From: a virus
Lineage: Duplodnaviria > Caudoviricetes
Direction: 5' to 3' (one strand)
Virus record (IMG/VR): IMGVR_UViG_3300044645_001661
Length of the DNA: 64,000 nucleotides
Positions 49,069 through 58,361 of this stretch are shown here, one piece after another (positions within the stretch are counted from its first letter, which is position 1; every line of letters starts with the position of its first letter). The notes under the pieces were generated by a model. It did no database searches and was not told where the DNA came from. It saw only the letters and a list, made by a program, of their open reading frames with translations. The position numbers and the translations under genes were made by a program.

Positions 49069-49105
49069 AAAATCGGTTCGGTTTTACACCGTTCCGATTT
49101 TTTTT
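49069..49105 (+). terminator. Terminator-like hairpin after regA
   Basis: AAAATCGG/CCGATTTT stem, inner CGGT/ACCG stem, followed by a T-run. Confidence 0.65.
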
Positions 49106-49181
49106 ATTTTTGATATATAATAATTGAGGATGCCATAATGGGTCCACAAAACACAAACTCGCTTTAAAAGGAGCTACTATA

Positions 49182-49622
49182 ATGACCAACCTTGCAACAT
49201 CTAGGTTTACACATGCGGATCTTCCTGCCTTGATGGATAGGATTACTCGCAACAGTATTGGAATGGACGAATATTTTGATCGTCTATTTCATTTACATGA
49301 AACGACTTCTAACTATCCTCCATACAATTTAGTTCAAGTCAGTAATGTGGAATCAAGATTAGAACTTGCACTTGCAGGATTTAAAAAGAAAGAGGTTTAT
49401 GTCTATACACAAGATGGGAAACTTTTTGTTGAAGGACAAAAAGAAGATAAAGAATCCAATACCAACTACGTCCATAAGGGACTGGCTCAACGATCTTTCA
49501 AAAGAGCGTGGACAATGGCGGATGATACAGAAGTTGCAGATGTATCATTTGAAGATGGACTCCTCTCTATCAATCTGAGAAAGATTATTCCAGATCATCA
49601 CAAACGTAAAGATTATCTCTAA
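49182..49622 (+). CDS. hsp20: Small heat-shock protein Hsp20
   Basis: IGMDEYFDRL, NYPPYNL, LELALAGF, YVHKGLAQRSFKRAW, FEDGLLSI; AGGAG Shine-Dalgarno. Confidence 0.95.
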   Translation: MTNLATSRFTHADLPALMDRITRNSIGMDEYFDRLFHLHETTSNYPPYNLVQVSNVESRLELALAGFKKKEVYVYTQDGKLFVEGQKEDKESNTNYVHKGLAQRSFKRAWTMADDTEVADVSFEDGLLSINLRKIIPDHHKRKDYL

Positions 49623-49625
49623 ATA
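49619..49625 (+). promoter_or_regulatory. Late promoter variant CTAAATA
   Basis: Overlaps the hsp20 stop, upstream of micro-ORF 49649. Confidence 0.5.
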
Positions 49626-49648
49626 ATTAAAATTGTTTAGAGATGTAA

Positions 49649-49828
49649 ATGAAAACCTTTCAGCAATTTATTGCAGAGATTAAAACTATAAGTTTTAAAA
49701 TGGCAAAACCTCATAAAATTTATAATAAGGGTAGAGTGACTAATGTTGGTGCTGGTAGGGCAGTTCCAAAAAGATCTGCATCTAGTGCTGGAGGTGATGG
49801 TGGAGATGGTGGTGGTGATGGTGAATAA
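49649..49828 (+). CDS. 59-aa basic micro-protein with capsid-targeting-like N-terminus (not in ORF track)
   Basis: Hand translation MKTFQQFIAEIKTISFKMAKPHKIYNKGRVTNVGAGRAVPKRSASSAGGDGGDGGGDGE*. Confidence 0.7.
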   Translation: MKTFQQFIAEIKTISFKMAKPHKIYNKGRVTNVGAGRAVPKRSASSAGGDGGDGGGDGE

Positions 49829-49864
49829 ATAGAATTGGCTACCCCAAATATCGTCGGTGCTATC

Positions 49865-49903
49865 AAAGGGAGTTCTGGCAAAATCCAGATTGACTCCCTT
49901 TTT
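49865..49903 (+). terminator. Extended hairpin/terminator whose 3' arm carries a -35 box
   Basis: AAAGGGAGT-TCTGG-caaaat-CCAGA-ttg-ACTCCCTTT; TTGACT at 49890-95 and TGcTATAAT at 49909-17. Confidence 0.65.
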
Positions 49904-49947
49904 ATTTGTGCTATAATTTTAGTAAAAAGTTTTATTTAAAAATAATT

Positions 49948-50301
49948 ATGTCTATTAAATTGGCAGTAGTAAAAACAGGTGAACAGATTATTGCAAAAGT
50001 TGAAGAAATGATCCTTGACAATAGAGTAGTTGGATATTTCTTAGTAAAACCATGTGTAGTAAAAATTACAGAATTAAACCTTAATAAAGAAACTGGTGGG
50101 GCATCATTTGATATTAAACTTTCCCCGTGGATACCTTTAGGTAAAGGAATTAGATTTCCAGTTCCAACTGACTGGATAGTTACTCTTTCTGAACCAGTAG
50201 ATGAACTTAAATTGATGTATCAAACTGATATTTTAAGAACTACTGAAGAAGTCGAAGAACAAAATATAGTTTTAAAAGATAATTGTGAGGAGTGTCAATA
50301 A
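49948..50301 (+). CDS. Hypothetical protein (Sm-like barrel pattern)
   Basis: MSIKLAVVKTGEQIIAKVEE...LSPWIPL...WIVTLSEP; likely start ATG 49948. Confidence 0.7.
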   Translation: MSIKLAVVKTGEQIIAKVEEMILDNRVVGYFLVKPCVVKITELNLNKETGGASFDIKLSPWIPLGKGIRFPVPTDWIVTLSEPVDELKLMYQTDILRTTEEVEEQNIVLKDNCEECQ

Positions 50302-50567
50302 TGATTAAGTTATTAGTATTTTTAGATAATACTGTTTTAATATCAAAAATTGAGGAATCTCCATCTGAACTTGGAGAACCAGATTGTAAACTAAGTAATC
50401 CATTTGAAGTTAAAAAACCTCAAATTGATGGAATGGCACCAACTTTAGAATCTTGGTTAAGTGGGTATACTAAACAAAATGAATTTATGATTCACTCGGA
50501 TAAAATCTTGACTATTGCCGATCCCACTGCTAGACTGATCGAACTATACGAAGAATTGACGAAATAA
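50301..50567 (+). CDS. Hypothetical protein upstream of gp43
   Basis: MIKLLVFLDNTVLISKIEE...GEPDCKLSNPF...SDKILTIADP; coupled to gp43. Confidence 0.7.
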   Translation: MIKLLVFLDNTVLISKIEESPSELGEPDCKLSNPFEVKKPQIDGMAPTLESWLSGYTKQNEFMIHSDKILTIADPTARLIELYEELTK

Positions 50568-53062
50568 TGAGGTTTTACACCAACGTTCAGATGGTCGGGG
50601 ATCAATTTCTTGTTCGTGGTTATGAAAATGGAAATCATTTCATGATCCGTGAGAAATTTGCCCCGACTCTTTTTGTGCCTTCAAATAAAAAAACTAACTA
50701 TAAAACCTTAAATGGTGAATATGTAGAAAAAATTCATCCAGGTTTTGTTCGTGATTGTAGGGAGTTTATAAAAAAATATGATGGTGTAGAGGGATTTAAA
50801 ATTTACGGAAATGAGAGGTATATCTATCAATATATCTCAGAAAATTATTCTGAGGATGAAATTAAATTTGATATTAGTAAAATCAAATTAATGACCTTAG
50901 ATATTGAGGTTGCATCAGAAAATGGATTTCCTGATGTAGAAAATGCTGCAGAAGAAGTTCTACTTATTACTTTGCAGGATTATACAACCAAGGAAATTAT
51001 TACTTGGGGTATGGGACCATTTAAGCATAATCGCAATAAAGTTACATATCGACAATTTAACAACGAATACGATCTTTTAAATGATTTTATTCATTGGTGG
51101 ATGGATAATACTCCAGAAGTTGTGACTGGGTGGAACAGTAAACTTTATGATATTCCATACCTAGTTCGTCGTTTAGATCGTGTTCTTGGTGAAAAGTTAA
51201 TGAAACGTATGTCGCCGTGGGGTCTGGTGACTGAGGATGAAGTTTATATTTCTGGTCGTAAAAATATTTCTTATGATATTGGAGGCATCTCTCAGTTAGA
51301 CTATCTTGACCTTTATAAAAAATTCACTTACAAGGCACAGGAATCATACAGACTTGATTATATTGCCGAAGTTGAACTTGGCCAGAAAAAACTGGACCAC
51401 TCTGAGTTTGATACGTTCAAGGACTTCTATACCAAAGGTTGGCAGAAGTTTGTGGAATACAACATCATCGACGTAGAACTTGTTGACCGTTTGGAAGACA
51501 AGATGAAATTGATTGAACTTGCACTTACTATGGCATATGACGCCAAAGTAAACTATGAGGATGTATTTTCTCAGGTTAGGATGTGGGACACTATCATTTA
51601 CAACTATCTCAAAAAGAGAAATATTGTAATTCCTCCAAATGAAAGATCTGATAAAGATTCCAAATATGCTGGTGCTTATGTGAAAGAACCAATTCCTGGT
51701 GCTTATGATTGGGTTGTGAGTTTTGACCTTAACTCACTGTATCCACACCTTATTATGCAATATAATATTTCTCCAGAAACTCTTTTAGATAATCGCCACC
51801 CTACAGTAAATGTAGATAAAATTCTTAATAAAGAATTATCATTTGACTCATATAAAGATTTTGCGGTATGTGCAAATGGGGCAATGTATCGAAAAGACGT
51901 TCGTGGATTTCTTCCCGAACTTATGGAGAAAATTTATACTGAACGTGTGGTATTTAAGAAAAAAATGCTTGCTGCGGAACAGGAATATGAAAAGAAAAAT
52001 ACGAAAGAGTTGGAAAAAGAGATTGCAAGATGCAATAACATCCAAATGGCGAGGAAGATTCAACTTAACTCTGCTTATGGTGCTATCGGCAATCAGTACT
52101 TTCGTTATTTTAAATTAGCAAATGCTGAAGCTATTACATTATCAGGACAGGTTTCTATTCAGTGGATTATGAATAAGATGAACGCCTATCTGAACAAAAT
52201 TCTTAAGACAGGAGATGTTGATTATGTTATTGCTTCAGATACTGATTCTCTTTATATTAATATGGGTCCTTTGGTTGAAAATGTATTCAAAGGAAGAGAA
52301 AAAACTACTCAAGGCATTGTTTCATTCCTTGATAAGGTCTGTCAAGTGGAATTTGAAAAATATATTGAAAGTTCTTACCAAGAATTGGCTGAATATGTAA
52401 ATGCTTATGAGCAAAAAATGTTTATGAAGCGTGAATGTGTTGCTGAACGTGGAATTTGGACTGCTAAAAAACGTTATATTCTTAATGTTTGGGATAGTGA
52501 AGGTGTTCGATATGAAGAACCTAAACTTAAAATTAAGGGTATTGAGGCAATTAAATCTTCTACTCCAGCTCCATGTAGAAAAATGTTTAAAGATGGGTTT
52601 AAGATAATGATGAGTGGGACAGAAGATGATGTTATTGAATATATTGATGAATGTAGAACGTTATTTAAAACTCTTCCTCCAGAACAAATTGCATTTCCAA
52701 GAAGTGCATCTGATGTTCGTAAATATCGATCATCATCAGACATTTATATAAAGGGTACACCTGTTCATATTCGTGGAGCATTATTGTTCAATCATTATAT
52801 TAAAGAAAAAAAATTAACTAATAAATATTCTCTTATTGGTAATGGTGAAAAGGTAAAATTTATTTACTTAAAAAAACCCAATATTATTAGAGAAAATATT
52901 ATATCGTTCATACAAGAATTTCCAAAAGAATTGGGTCTTGACAAGTATATTGACTATGACTTACAATTTGAGAAGGCTTTTTTGGAACCATTTAGATCTA
53001 TTTTAGATGCTATTGGGTGGCAAGTCGAAAAAATAAATACCTTAGAATCTTTTTTCACATGA
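50567..53062 (+). CDS. gp43: DNA polymerase gp43 (family B)
   Basis: Exonuclease motifs DIEV, GWNSKLYD, YNIID; polymerase motifs SFDLNSLYPH, KIQLNSAYG, SDTDS, KKRY. Confidence 0.98.
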   Translation: MRFYTNVQMVGDQFLVRGYENGNHFMIREKFAPTLFVPSNKKTNYKTLNGEYVEKIHPGFVRDCREFIKKYDGVEGFKIYGNERYIYQYISENYSEDEIKFDISKIKLMTLDIEVASENGFPDVENAAEEVLLITLQDYTTKEIITWGMGPFKHNRNKVTYRQFNNEYDLLNDFIHWWMDNTPEVVTGWNSKLYDIPYLVRRLDRVLGEKLMKRMSPWGLVTEDEVYISGRKNISYDIGGISQLDYLDLYKKFTYKAQESYRLDYIAEVELGQKKLDHSEFDTFKDFYTKGWQKFVEYNIIDVELVDRLEDKMKLIELALTMAYDAKVNYEDVFSQVRMWDTIIYNYLKKRNIVIPPNERSDKDSKYAGAYVKEPIPGAYDWVVSFDLNSLYPHLIMQYNISPETLLDNRHPTVNVDKILNKELSFDSYKDFAVCANGAMYRKDVRGFLPELMEKIYTERVVFKKKMLAAEQEYEKKNTKELEKEIARCNNIQMARKIQLNSAYGAIGNQYFRYFKLANAEAITLSGQVSIQWIMNKMNAYLNKILKTGDVDYVIASDTDSLYINMGPLVENVFKGREKTTQGIVSFLDKVCQVEFEKYIESSYQELAEYVNAYEQKMFMKRECVAERGIWTAKKRYILNVWDSEGVRYEEPKLKIKGIEAIKSSTPAPCRKMFKDGFKIMMSGTEDDVIEYIDECRTLFKTLPPEQIAFPRSASDVRKYRSSSDIYIKGTPVHIRGALLFNHYIKEKKLTNKYSLIGNGEKVKFIYLKKPNIIRENIISFIQEFPKELGLDKYIDYDLQFEKAFLEPFRSILDAIGWQVEKINTLESFFT

Positions 53063-53256
53063 CAAATAAAAATAATAAAGATGATGAATCTAAAAAAGAT
53101 AAATGGAACAGGGGATTAGATATATTTGTCGAATCAGTATATAAAGCTGATAGCGAACTTAGGCAGTGTGCTCACGATCAAAAATGTTTTCATGAATTGA
53201 TGGATGTTCGTGAAAATATTTTACAATATTTAAAAACTTTACGGTGGAATGATTAA
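53059..53256 (+). CDS. Small hypothetical protein
   Basis: MTNKNNKDDESKKDKWNRGLDIFVESV...LRWND*; ATGA-coupled to gp43. Confidence 0.65.
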   Translation: MTNKNNKDDESKKDKWNRGLDIFVESVYKADSELRQCAHDQKCFHELMDVRENILQYLKTLRWND

Positions 53257-53420
53257 TGGATTTGCCTATTAATGATGAAGAATTGAATACTATTGTTAAA
53301 GCAATGACTCTTGGTGGGGATACTGCTTTATATCAAAAACTTAAACTTGTGAAGGAACTAAGAGAACAGGGACTTCCTTATAAAAAAATACTTCGTGAAG
53401 AATACGGGATGGTGGCATGA
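53256..53420 (+). CDS. Small hypothetical protein (54 aa, not in ORF track)
   Basis: Hand translation MDLPINDEELNTIVKAMTLGGDTALYQKLKLVKELREQGLPYKKILREEYGMVA*; TAATG coupling. Confidence 0.65.
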   Translation: MDLPINDEELNTIVKAMTLGGDTALYQKLKLVKELREQGLPYKKILREEYGMVA

Positions 53421-53548
53421 TGATTAAACTGAATTATTATATTAAAGAGTTTCCAAACACAACACTTTTTAAGTTTTTTAAAACTGAAGAGGCAGTAGAG
53501 ATGTTTAAATCTCAACATTCAGATTATGTTTTTATTGGAGATAAGTGA
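53417..53548 (+). CDS. Small hypothetical protein (43 aa, not in ORF track)
   Basis: Hand translation MMIKLNYYIKEFPNTTLFKFFKTEEAVEMFKSQHSDYVFIGDK*; coupled on both sides. Confidence 0.55.
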   Translation: MMIKLNYYIKEFPNTTLFKFFKTEEAVEMFKSQHSDYVFIGDK

Positions 53549-54549
53549 TGGACTTTCTTAAAGATATTGTAAAAGAAATTGGTGGTGAGTATACACAACT
53601 TGCTTCTGATATTAATGAGACTGAAACTTATGTTGATACGGGTTCATACATTTTTAATGCACTGGTTTCAGGTAGTGTATTTGGTGGTGTATCTGGGAAT
53701 AAGATTACTGCTATTGCTGGAGAGTCTTCTACTGGAAAGACTTTTTTCTCTCTCGCCGTGGTTAAGAACTTTCTTGATACTCATCCCGATGGTTACTGTC
53801 TCTACTTTGACACTGAGGCTGCTATTACTAAATCTTTGATTGAATCTCGTGGAATTGATACTTCTCGTCTTGTGGTTGTCAATGTTGTTACTATTGAAGA
53901 GTTTCGTGGAAAGGCACTCAAAGCAGTAGACCTGTACTTAAAAAAACCTGAAGGAGAACGCAGACCGTGCATGTTTGTGTTAGACTCTTTAGGAATGCTT
54001 TCGACTGAGAAAGAAATCACTGATGCACTCAACGATAAACAAGTTCGTGACATGACTAAATCGCAACTTGTTAAAGGTGCATTCCGAATGTTAACTCTTA
54101 AACTAGGACAGGCAAATGTTCCACTCATTGTCACAAATCATACATACGATGTCATCGGAGCTTACGTACCAACGAAAGAAATGGGTGGAGGTTCTGGACT
54201 CAAATACGCAGCAAGTACGATCATTTATCTCAGCAAAAAGAAAGAGAAGGATGGAACAGAAGTGGTCGGCAATATTATCAAAGCTAAGACTGCTAAATCA
54301 CGTTTGAGTAAGGAGAACAAAGATGTTGAAGTCCGTTTGTATTATGATGAGCGGGGCCTTGATCGTTACTATGGTCTTTTGGAACTTGGTGAGATTGGTG
54401 GACTCTGGAAGAATGTAGCAGGACGCTATGAGATGGATGGTAAGAAAATTTATGCTAAGCAAATTCTTGCAAACCCAGAGGAATACTTTACTGAAGAAGT
54501 AATGCAAAAACTTGATGAGATTGCAAGGGAAGAGTTTAGTTACGGTTGA
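53548..54549 (+). CDS. uvsX: RecA-like recombinase UvsX
   Basis: AGESSTGKT, LYFDTE, FVLDSLGML, DMTK, NHTY, MGGGSG..YAAS. Confidence 0.95.
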   Translation: MDFLKDIVKEIGGEYTQLASDINETETYVDTGSYIFNALVSGSVFGGVSGNKITAIAGESSTGKTFFSLAVVKNFLDTHPDGYCLYFDTEAAITKSLIESRGIDTSRLVVVNVVTIEEFRGKALKAVDLYLKKPEGERRPCMFVLDSLGMLSTEKEITDALNDKQVRDMTKSQLVKGAFRMLTLKLGQANVPLIVTNHTYDVIGAYVPTKEMGGGSGLKYAASTIIYLSKKKEKDGTEVVGNIIKAKTAKSRLSKENKDVEVRLYYDERGLDRYYGLLELGEIGGLWKNVAGRYEMDGKKIYAKQILANPEEYFTEEVMQKLDEIAREEFSYG

Positions 54550-54571
54550 TTATTTTTTATGGTTCTTATAA

Positions 54572-55948
54572 ATGGAAAGTGTTGAACTTACAGTTTTAAA
54601 AAATTTAATATTTAATGAAGACTATTCTCGAAAAGTAATACCTTTTATAAATCTAGAATATTTTGAAGATAATTCCCAAAAAATTATTTTTGAAGAAACT
54701 GTAAAATTTATTTTAAAATATAATTCTCAAATTACAACAGAATCTCTTTTAATTGAAATATCTAATAGAAAAGATATAAATGAAAGTGATATTAAATCTT
54801 TAACTTCTTTAATTAATTCATTCGATTATCAACCATCCGATCAAAAGTGGTTAATTGACATCACTGAAAAATGGTGTAGAGATCGTGCCATTTATTTGGC
54901 TTTGATGGAATCAATTTATATTGCTGATGGTAAAGATGAAAAGAAGAACCGAGATGCTATTCCTTCAATTTTATCTGACGCTTTAGCAGTATCTTTTGAT
55001 AATAATATTGGTCATGATTATCTATTAAATTATGAAGAACGATATGATTATTATCATAGGAAAGAAGATAAAATAGAGTTTGATTTAGAATATTTTAATA
55101 AAATTACTAAAGGAGGACTCCCCAATAAAACTTTGAATATTGCTTTGGCAGGAACTGGTGTTGGTAAATCTCTTTTTATGTGTCATGTGGCATCTTCGGT
55201 TTTAGTTCAAGGTAAAAATGTGTTGTACATTACTCTTGAAATGGCAGAAGAAAAAATTGCCGAAAGAATTGATGCTAATTTATTGAATGTTCCTATTCAA
55301 CAATTGTCAGAATTGCCAAAAGCAATGTTTGAAAGTAAAGTTAATACACTTGCAAATAAGACACAAGGATCTTTAATCATTAAAGAGTATCCAACTGCTT
55401 CTGCACATTCTGGTCACTTCAAGGCACTTCTTAATGAACTTGCTCTTAAGAAATCATTTAGACCTGATATTATTTTTATTGACTACCTTAATATTTGTGC
55501 TTCCTCTAGGCATAAGGCAAATAGCTCTGTCAATTCTTATTCGTATATTAAGTCAATTGCAGAAGAACTTCGCGGTTTGGCAGTGGAATTCAATGTTCCC
55601 ATTGTCTCTGCTACCCAGACTACCCGCAGTGGTTATGGCAACTCTGATGTTGAACTTACTGATACTAGTGAGTCCTTTGGTCTCCCTGCTACTGCTGATC
55701 TTATGTTTGCCCTTATTAGCACTGAAGAGTTGGAGAATTTAGGTCAAATTATGGTTAAACAATTGAAGAATCGTTATAATGATCCAACAATTTATAAGCG
55801 GTTTATTGTTGGTATTGATAGGGCAAAAATGAGATTGTATGATTGTGAACAATCTGCTCAAAATGATATCGTTGATAATACTGAGTATTCAGAATCTAAT
55901 GAAGATAAAACATTAAAAAAAGAAAAATTTAATGGGTTTAAATTTTAA
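54572..55948 (+). CDS. gp41: Replicative helicase gp41
   Basis: AGTGVGKS, YITLEMAE, IFIDYLNI, SATQTTRSG, SESFGLPATAD, QLKNRY. Confidence 0.95.
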   Translation: MESVELTVLKNLIFNEDYSRKVIPFINLEYFEDNSQKIIFEETVKFILKYNSQITTESLLIEISNRKDINESDIKSLTSLINSFDYQPSDQKWLIDITEKWCRDRAIYLALMESIYIADGKDEKKNRDAIPSILSDALAVSFDNNIGHDYLLNYEERYDYYHRKEDKIEFDLEYFNKITKGGLPNKTLNIALAGTGVGKSLFMCHVASSVLVQGKNVLYITLEMAEEKIAERIDANLLNVPIQQLSELPKAMFESKVNTLANKTQGSLIIKEYPTASAHSGHFKALLNELALKKSFRPDIIFIDYLNICASSRHKANSSVNSYSYIKSIAEELRGLAVEFNVPIVSATQTTRSGYGNSDVELTDTSESFGLPATADLMFALISTEELENLGQIMVKQLKNRYNDPTIYKRFIVGIDRAKMRLYDCEQSAQNDIVDNTEYSESNEDKTLKKEKFNGFKF

Positions 55949-55956
55949 TATTGTTT

Positions 55957-55987
55957 GGTAAAGAATTATATGTTCTTTACCTTTTTT
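55957..55987 (+). terminator. Intrinsic terminator after gp41
   Basis: GGTAAAGAA-ttatatg-TTCTTTACC 9-bp stem followed by TTTTTT. Confidence 0.8.
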
Positions 55988-55993
55988 ATTACC

Positions 55994-56001
55994 TATAAAT
56001 A
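55994..56001 (+). promoter_or_regulatory. Late promoter TATAAATA heading the glyco-modification operon
   Basis: Perfect T4 late consensus just after the terminator, 24 nt before ATG 56026. Confidence 0.8.
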
Positions 56002-56025
56002 AAATCACGAATAAAAATATAATTG

Positions 56026-57105
56026 ATGAAAAAATTATTTAAAATATTGACAAGTGAAAGAGTTGAATATAATAAAAAAAGTATAAAAATTTTTGATATG
56101 TTGAGATATTCATCCCATATTAGTAATATTTTGGAAAGTGACAAAAATAATTATATTAAAAATATGTGTTTATTTTTGGGAAAAAAAATAAGTAATAATA
56201 CAATCTTTTTTATTGATGATGAGAAATTTGAGCAGCAATACGAAAAACTTGAAGTATTTTTTGAGTTTATAAAAAGAATAGATGCTAAAAATAAAAATAT
56301 AATTTATATTGTAAAAACACAAATATTTGCAGACTATTTTGAAAAGTATGGAATAAAAAATTATATATTTGAACCATTATTGGAAGTTATTAATTTTTAT
56401 TATGGGTCTTTCAGAATAAGAAAATCTTTAGTAGGTGATAAAATAAAAGATGTATCATTTTGTTCATTGAATGGTACAAAAAATCAAGTTAGAGAATTTC
56501 TATTGTATAGATTAAATGATTATAATTTGTTACCTGAGGGATATGTTACTGCATGTGGACAATTTTTTCTCGATTTAAATGGTGAAGTCAAAAACCATAT
56601 ATTTGAAGATAAATTTTTTGATAAATTTTATTATGATGAAGGTCATAAATATTATCAAGATAAAAATTTAGTAAATATTCTTTATATTGATAAAAATATT
56701 CCAGGAAATATTTTTTTAACTGTGGAGTCATTTAATTACGATAAAATAGAAGAATCATTAAGACCACTATATACTGAAAAAACTTCTACTCCATTTTTAA
56801 CAAAAAGATTGCCTTTAATTATTGGATATATGAATATTATTGAAAATCTTAAAATGGATGGGTTTGATATGTTTGATGATATAATTGATTATGAATATGA
56901 TAAAATTGATCACATGGACTATCAAAAAAAAGTTGATCTTTGTATAAAAAATAATTCACATATTCTTAAACATAATAATTTTTATGATAATCCAGAAATT
57001 GATGAGAGATTGGAATACAATAAAAAACATTATAATGTGTGGGTAGAAAATAAAATTTTAAACTTTGAATCTAATATAGAAGAAAAATTAAAGTTATTTG
57101 TTTAG
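56026..57105 (+). CDS. Hypothetical protein, possibly GT-B/GT10-like glycosyltransferase
   Basis: C-terminal VES...LYTEKTSTPFLTKRLPLIIG...GFDMFDDIIDYEYD resembles the TEK motif region of GT10-like enzymes; a weak by-eye match. Confidence 0.45.
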   Translation: MKKLFKILTSERVEYNKKSIKIFDMLRYSSHISNILESDKNNYIKNMCLFLGKKISNNTIFFIDDEKFEQQYEKLEVFFEFIKRIDAKNKNIIYIVKTQIFADYFEKYGIKNYIFEPLLEVINFYYGSFRIRKSLVGDKIKDVSFCSLNGTKNQVREFLLYRLNDYNLLPEGYVTACGQFFLDLNGEVKNHIFEDKFFDKFYYDEGHKYYQDKNLVNILYIDKNIPGNIFLTVESFNYDKIEESLRPLYTEKTSTPFLTKRLPLIIGYMNIIENLKMDGFDMFDDIIDYEYDKIDHMDYQKKVDLCIKNNSHILKHNNFYDNPEIDERLEYNKKHYNVWVENKILNFESNIEEKLKLFV

Positions 57106-57112
57106 ATATATT

Positions 57113-57643
57113 ATGGAAGATAAATTTATTACTGGTAAAATAGATAGTAATTTAATTGGGGATTTTAAAAATATAGATTATCCTGGAAGAAGGCAATTTA
57201 GGGATGATGAAACTGTTGAGAGGTGGAAAAATCTTGGGCATTTGTATGTAAATTATACTGGATTTATTCGTGAAGAATATAGAGGTCTACCTGATTGGTG
57301 TAATTTAGTACTTGATGAAATAAAAAATCAATTAAAAATTTATAATATTTCTTGCTCTCTATATCGTATGCCTCCAGGAACAATAATGCCAGAACATAAA
57401 GATGCATATTTGAATTATAAAAAAATATTTAAAATAGATGATGTGAATAATATTTGTAGAGTATTAGTATTTTTGGATGATTGGAAATCTGGGCATTATT
57501 TTGAATTGAATGATAATCCAGTGATACAATGGAAATCTGGAGATTACTACATGTGGACTGGAGAAACACCACACATTGCTGCTAATATTGGAAGAGAAAA
57601 TAGATATACAATGCAGATAACTGGAACTATTGATCATGGATGA
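57113..57643 (+). CDS. 2OG-Fe(II) oxygenase
   Basis: MPPGTIMPEHKD (HxD), distal PHIAAN His, and a 2OG-binding Arg in RYTMQIT. Confidence 0.75.
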   Translation: MEDKFITGKIDSNLIGDFKNIDYPGRRQFRDDETVERWKNLGHLYVNYTGFIREEYRGLPDWCNLVLDEIKNQLKIYNISCSLYRMPPGTIMPEHKDAYLNYKKIFKIDDVNNICRVLVFLDDWKSGHYFELNDNPVIQWKSGDYYMWTGETPHIAANIGRENRYTMQITGTIDHG

Positions 57644-58361
57644 AAGAAGAGCCGTTATAGATGAGTTAGTAAAAAATTATCCTAATTACTGCTCAACCTT
57701 TACATTTAAATTGAAAAAAGGTATACCTGGAGAAGTAATACACAAAGAGGGTTTTGTTAACTGTTATATGGATGTAAAAAATTATCTTATTTACATGCAT
57801 ATTGATAAGTGTGCGAGTACATCAATAACTACTGCACTAAGAGATCAAAAACCATATTTTGTAAAAATGGATGATATTCCAAAATCTGAAGAATTTGCTA
57901 AACTTTTGGTCCAAAAAGAATATACATTTTTTACTGCAGTTAGAGATCCAATTTCTAGATGGATGTCTGGATTGAATGAATTTATGTGTAGATATAGACC
58001 TCCAATTAATTATGTTATTGAACAACTTAAAAATAAAAAATATGTTTTTGATGAGCATACCGCACCACAACATTTGTTTTTAAGATTATGTTTAGAAAAT
58101 AATGGAAATCTTATTTGTGTAAAAATGGATTCTGATATGGAATTTAAAATTAATGATGTTATTAGGTGTTCTTTAAAAAATGAATTTATGCGTGAAAAAT
58201 ATATCCCACTTAAAATTCCACAATTAAGGAGTTCAAAATATTTTATACCAAATTATATAAGTGTATGTAAAAAAATGTATGAAGTTTATGTAAAAAATGA
58301 TCCTGAAGAATTTAATAAATTATATAAAATTGATTTTGATTTATACAATAATGCACTATGA
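57636..58361 (+). CDS. Sulfotransferase (family 2-like)
   Basis: 5'-PAPS loop YMHIDKCASTSI and 3'-PAPS motif FTAVRDPISRWMS, plus H..PQ. Confidence 0.7.
   Translation: MDERRAVIDELVKNYPNYCSTFTFKLKKGIPGEVIHKEGFVNCYMDVKNYLIYMHIDKCASTSITTALRDQKPYFVKMDDIPKSEEFAKLLVQKEYTFFTAVRDPISRWMSGLNEFMCRYRPPINYVIEQLKNKKYVFDEHTAPQHLFLRLCLENNGNLICVKMDSDMEFKINDVIRCSLKNEFMREKYIPLKIPQLRSSKYFIPNYISVCKKMYEVYVKNDPEEFNKLYKIDFDLYNNAL

Noticed and set aside
17210-55948. Introns or inteins in gp17, gp20, gp23, gp43, uvsX or gp41
   Set aside because: All are continuous ORFs of ordinary length with contiguous motifs; I saw no intein or homing-endonuclease inserts.
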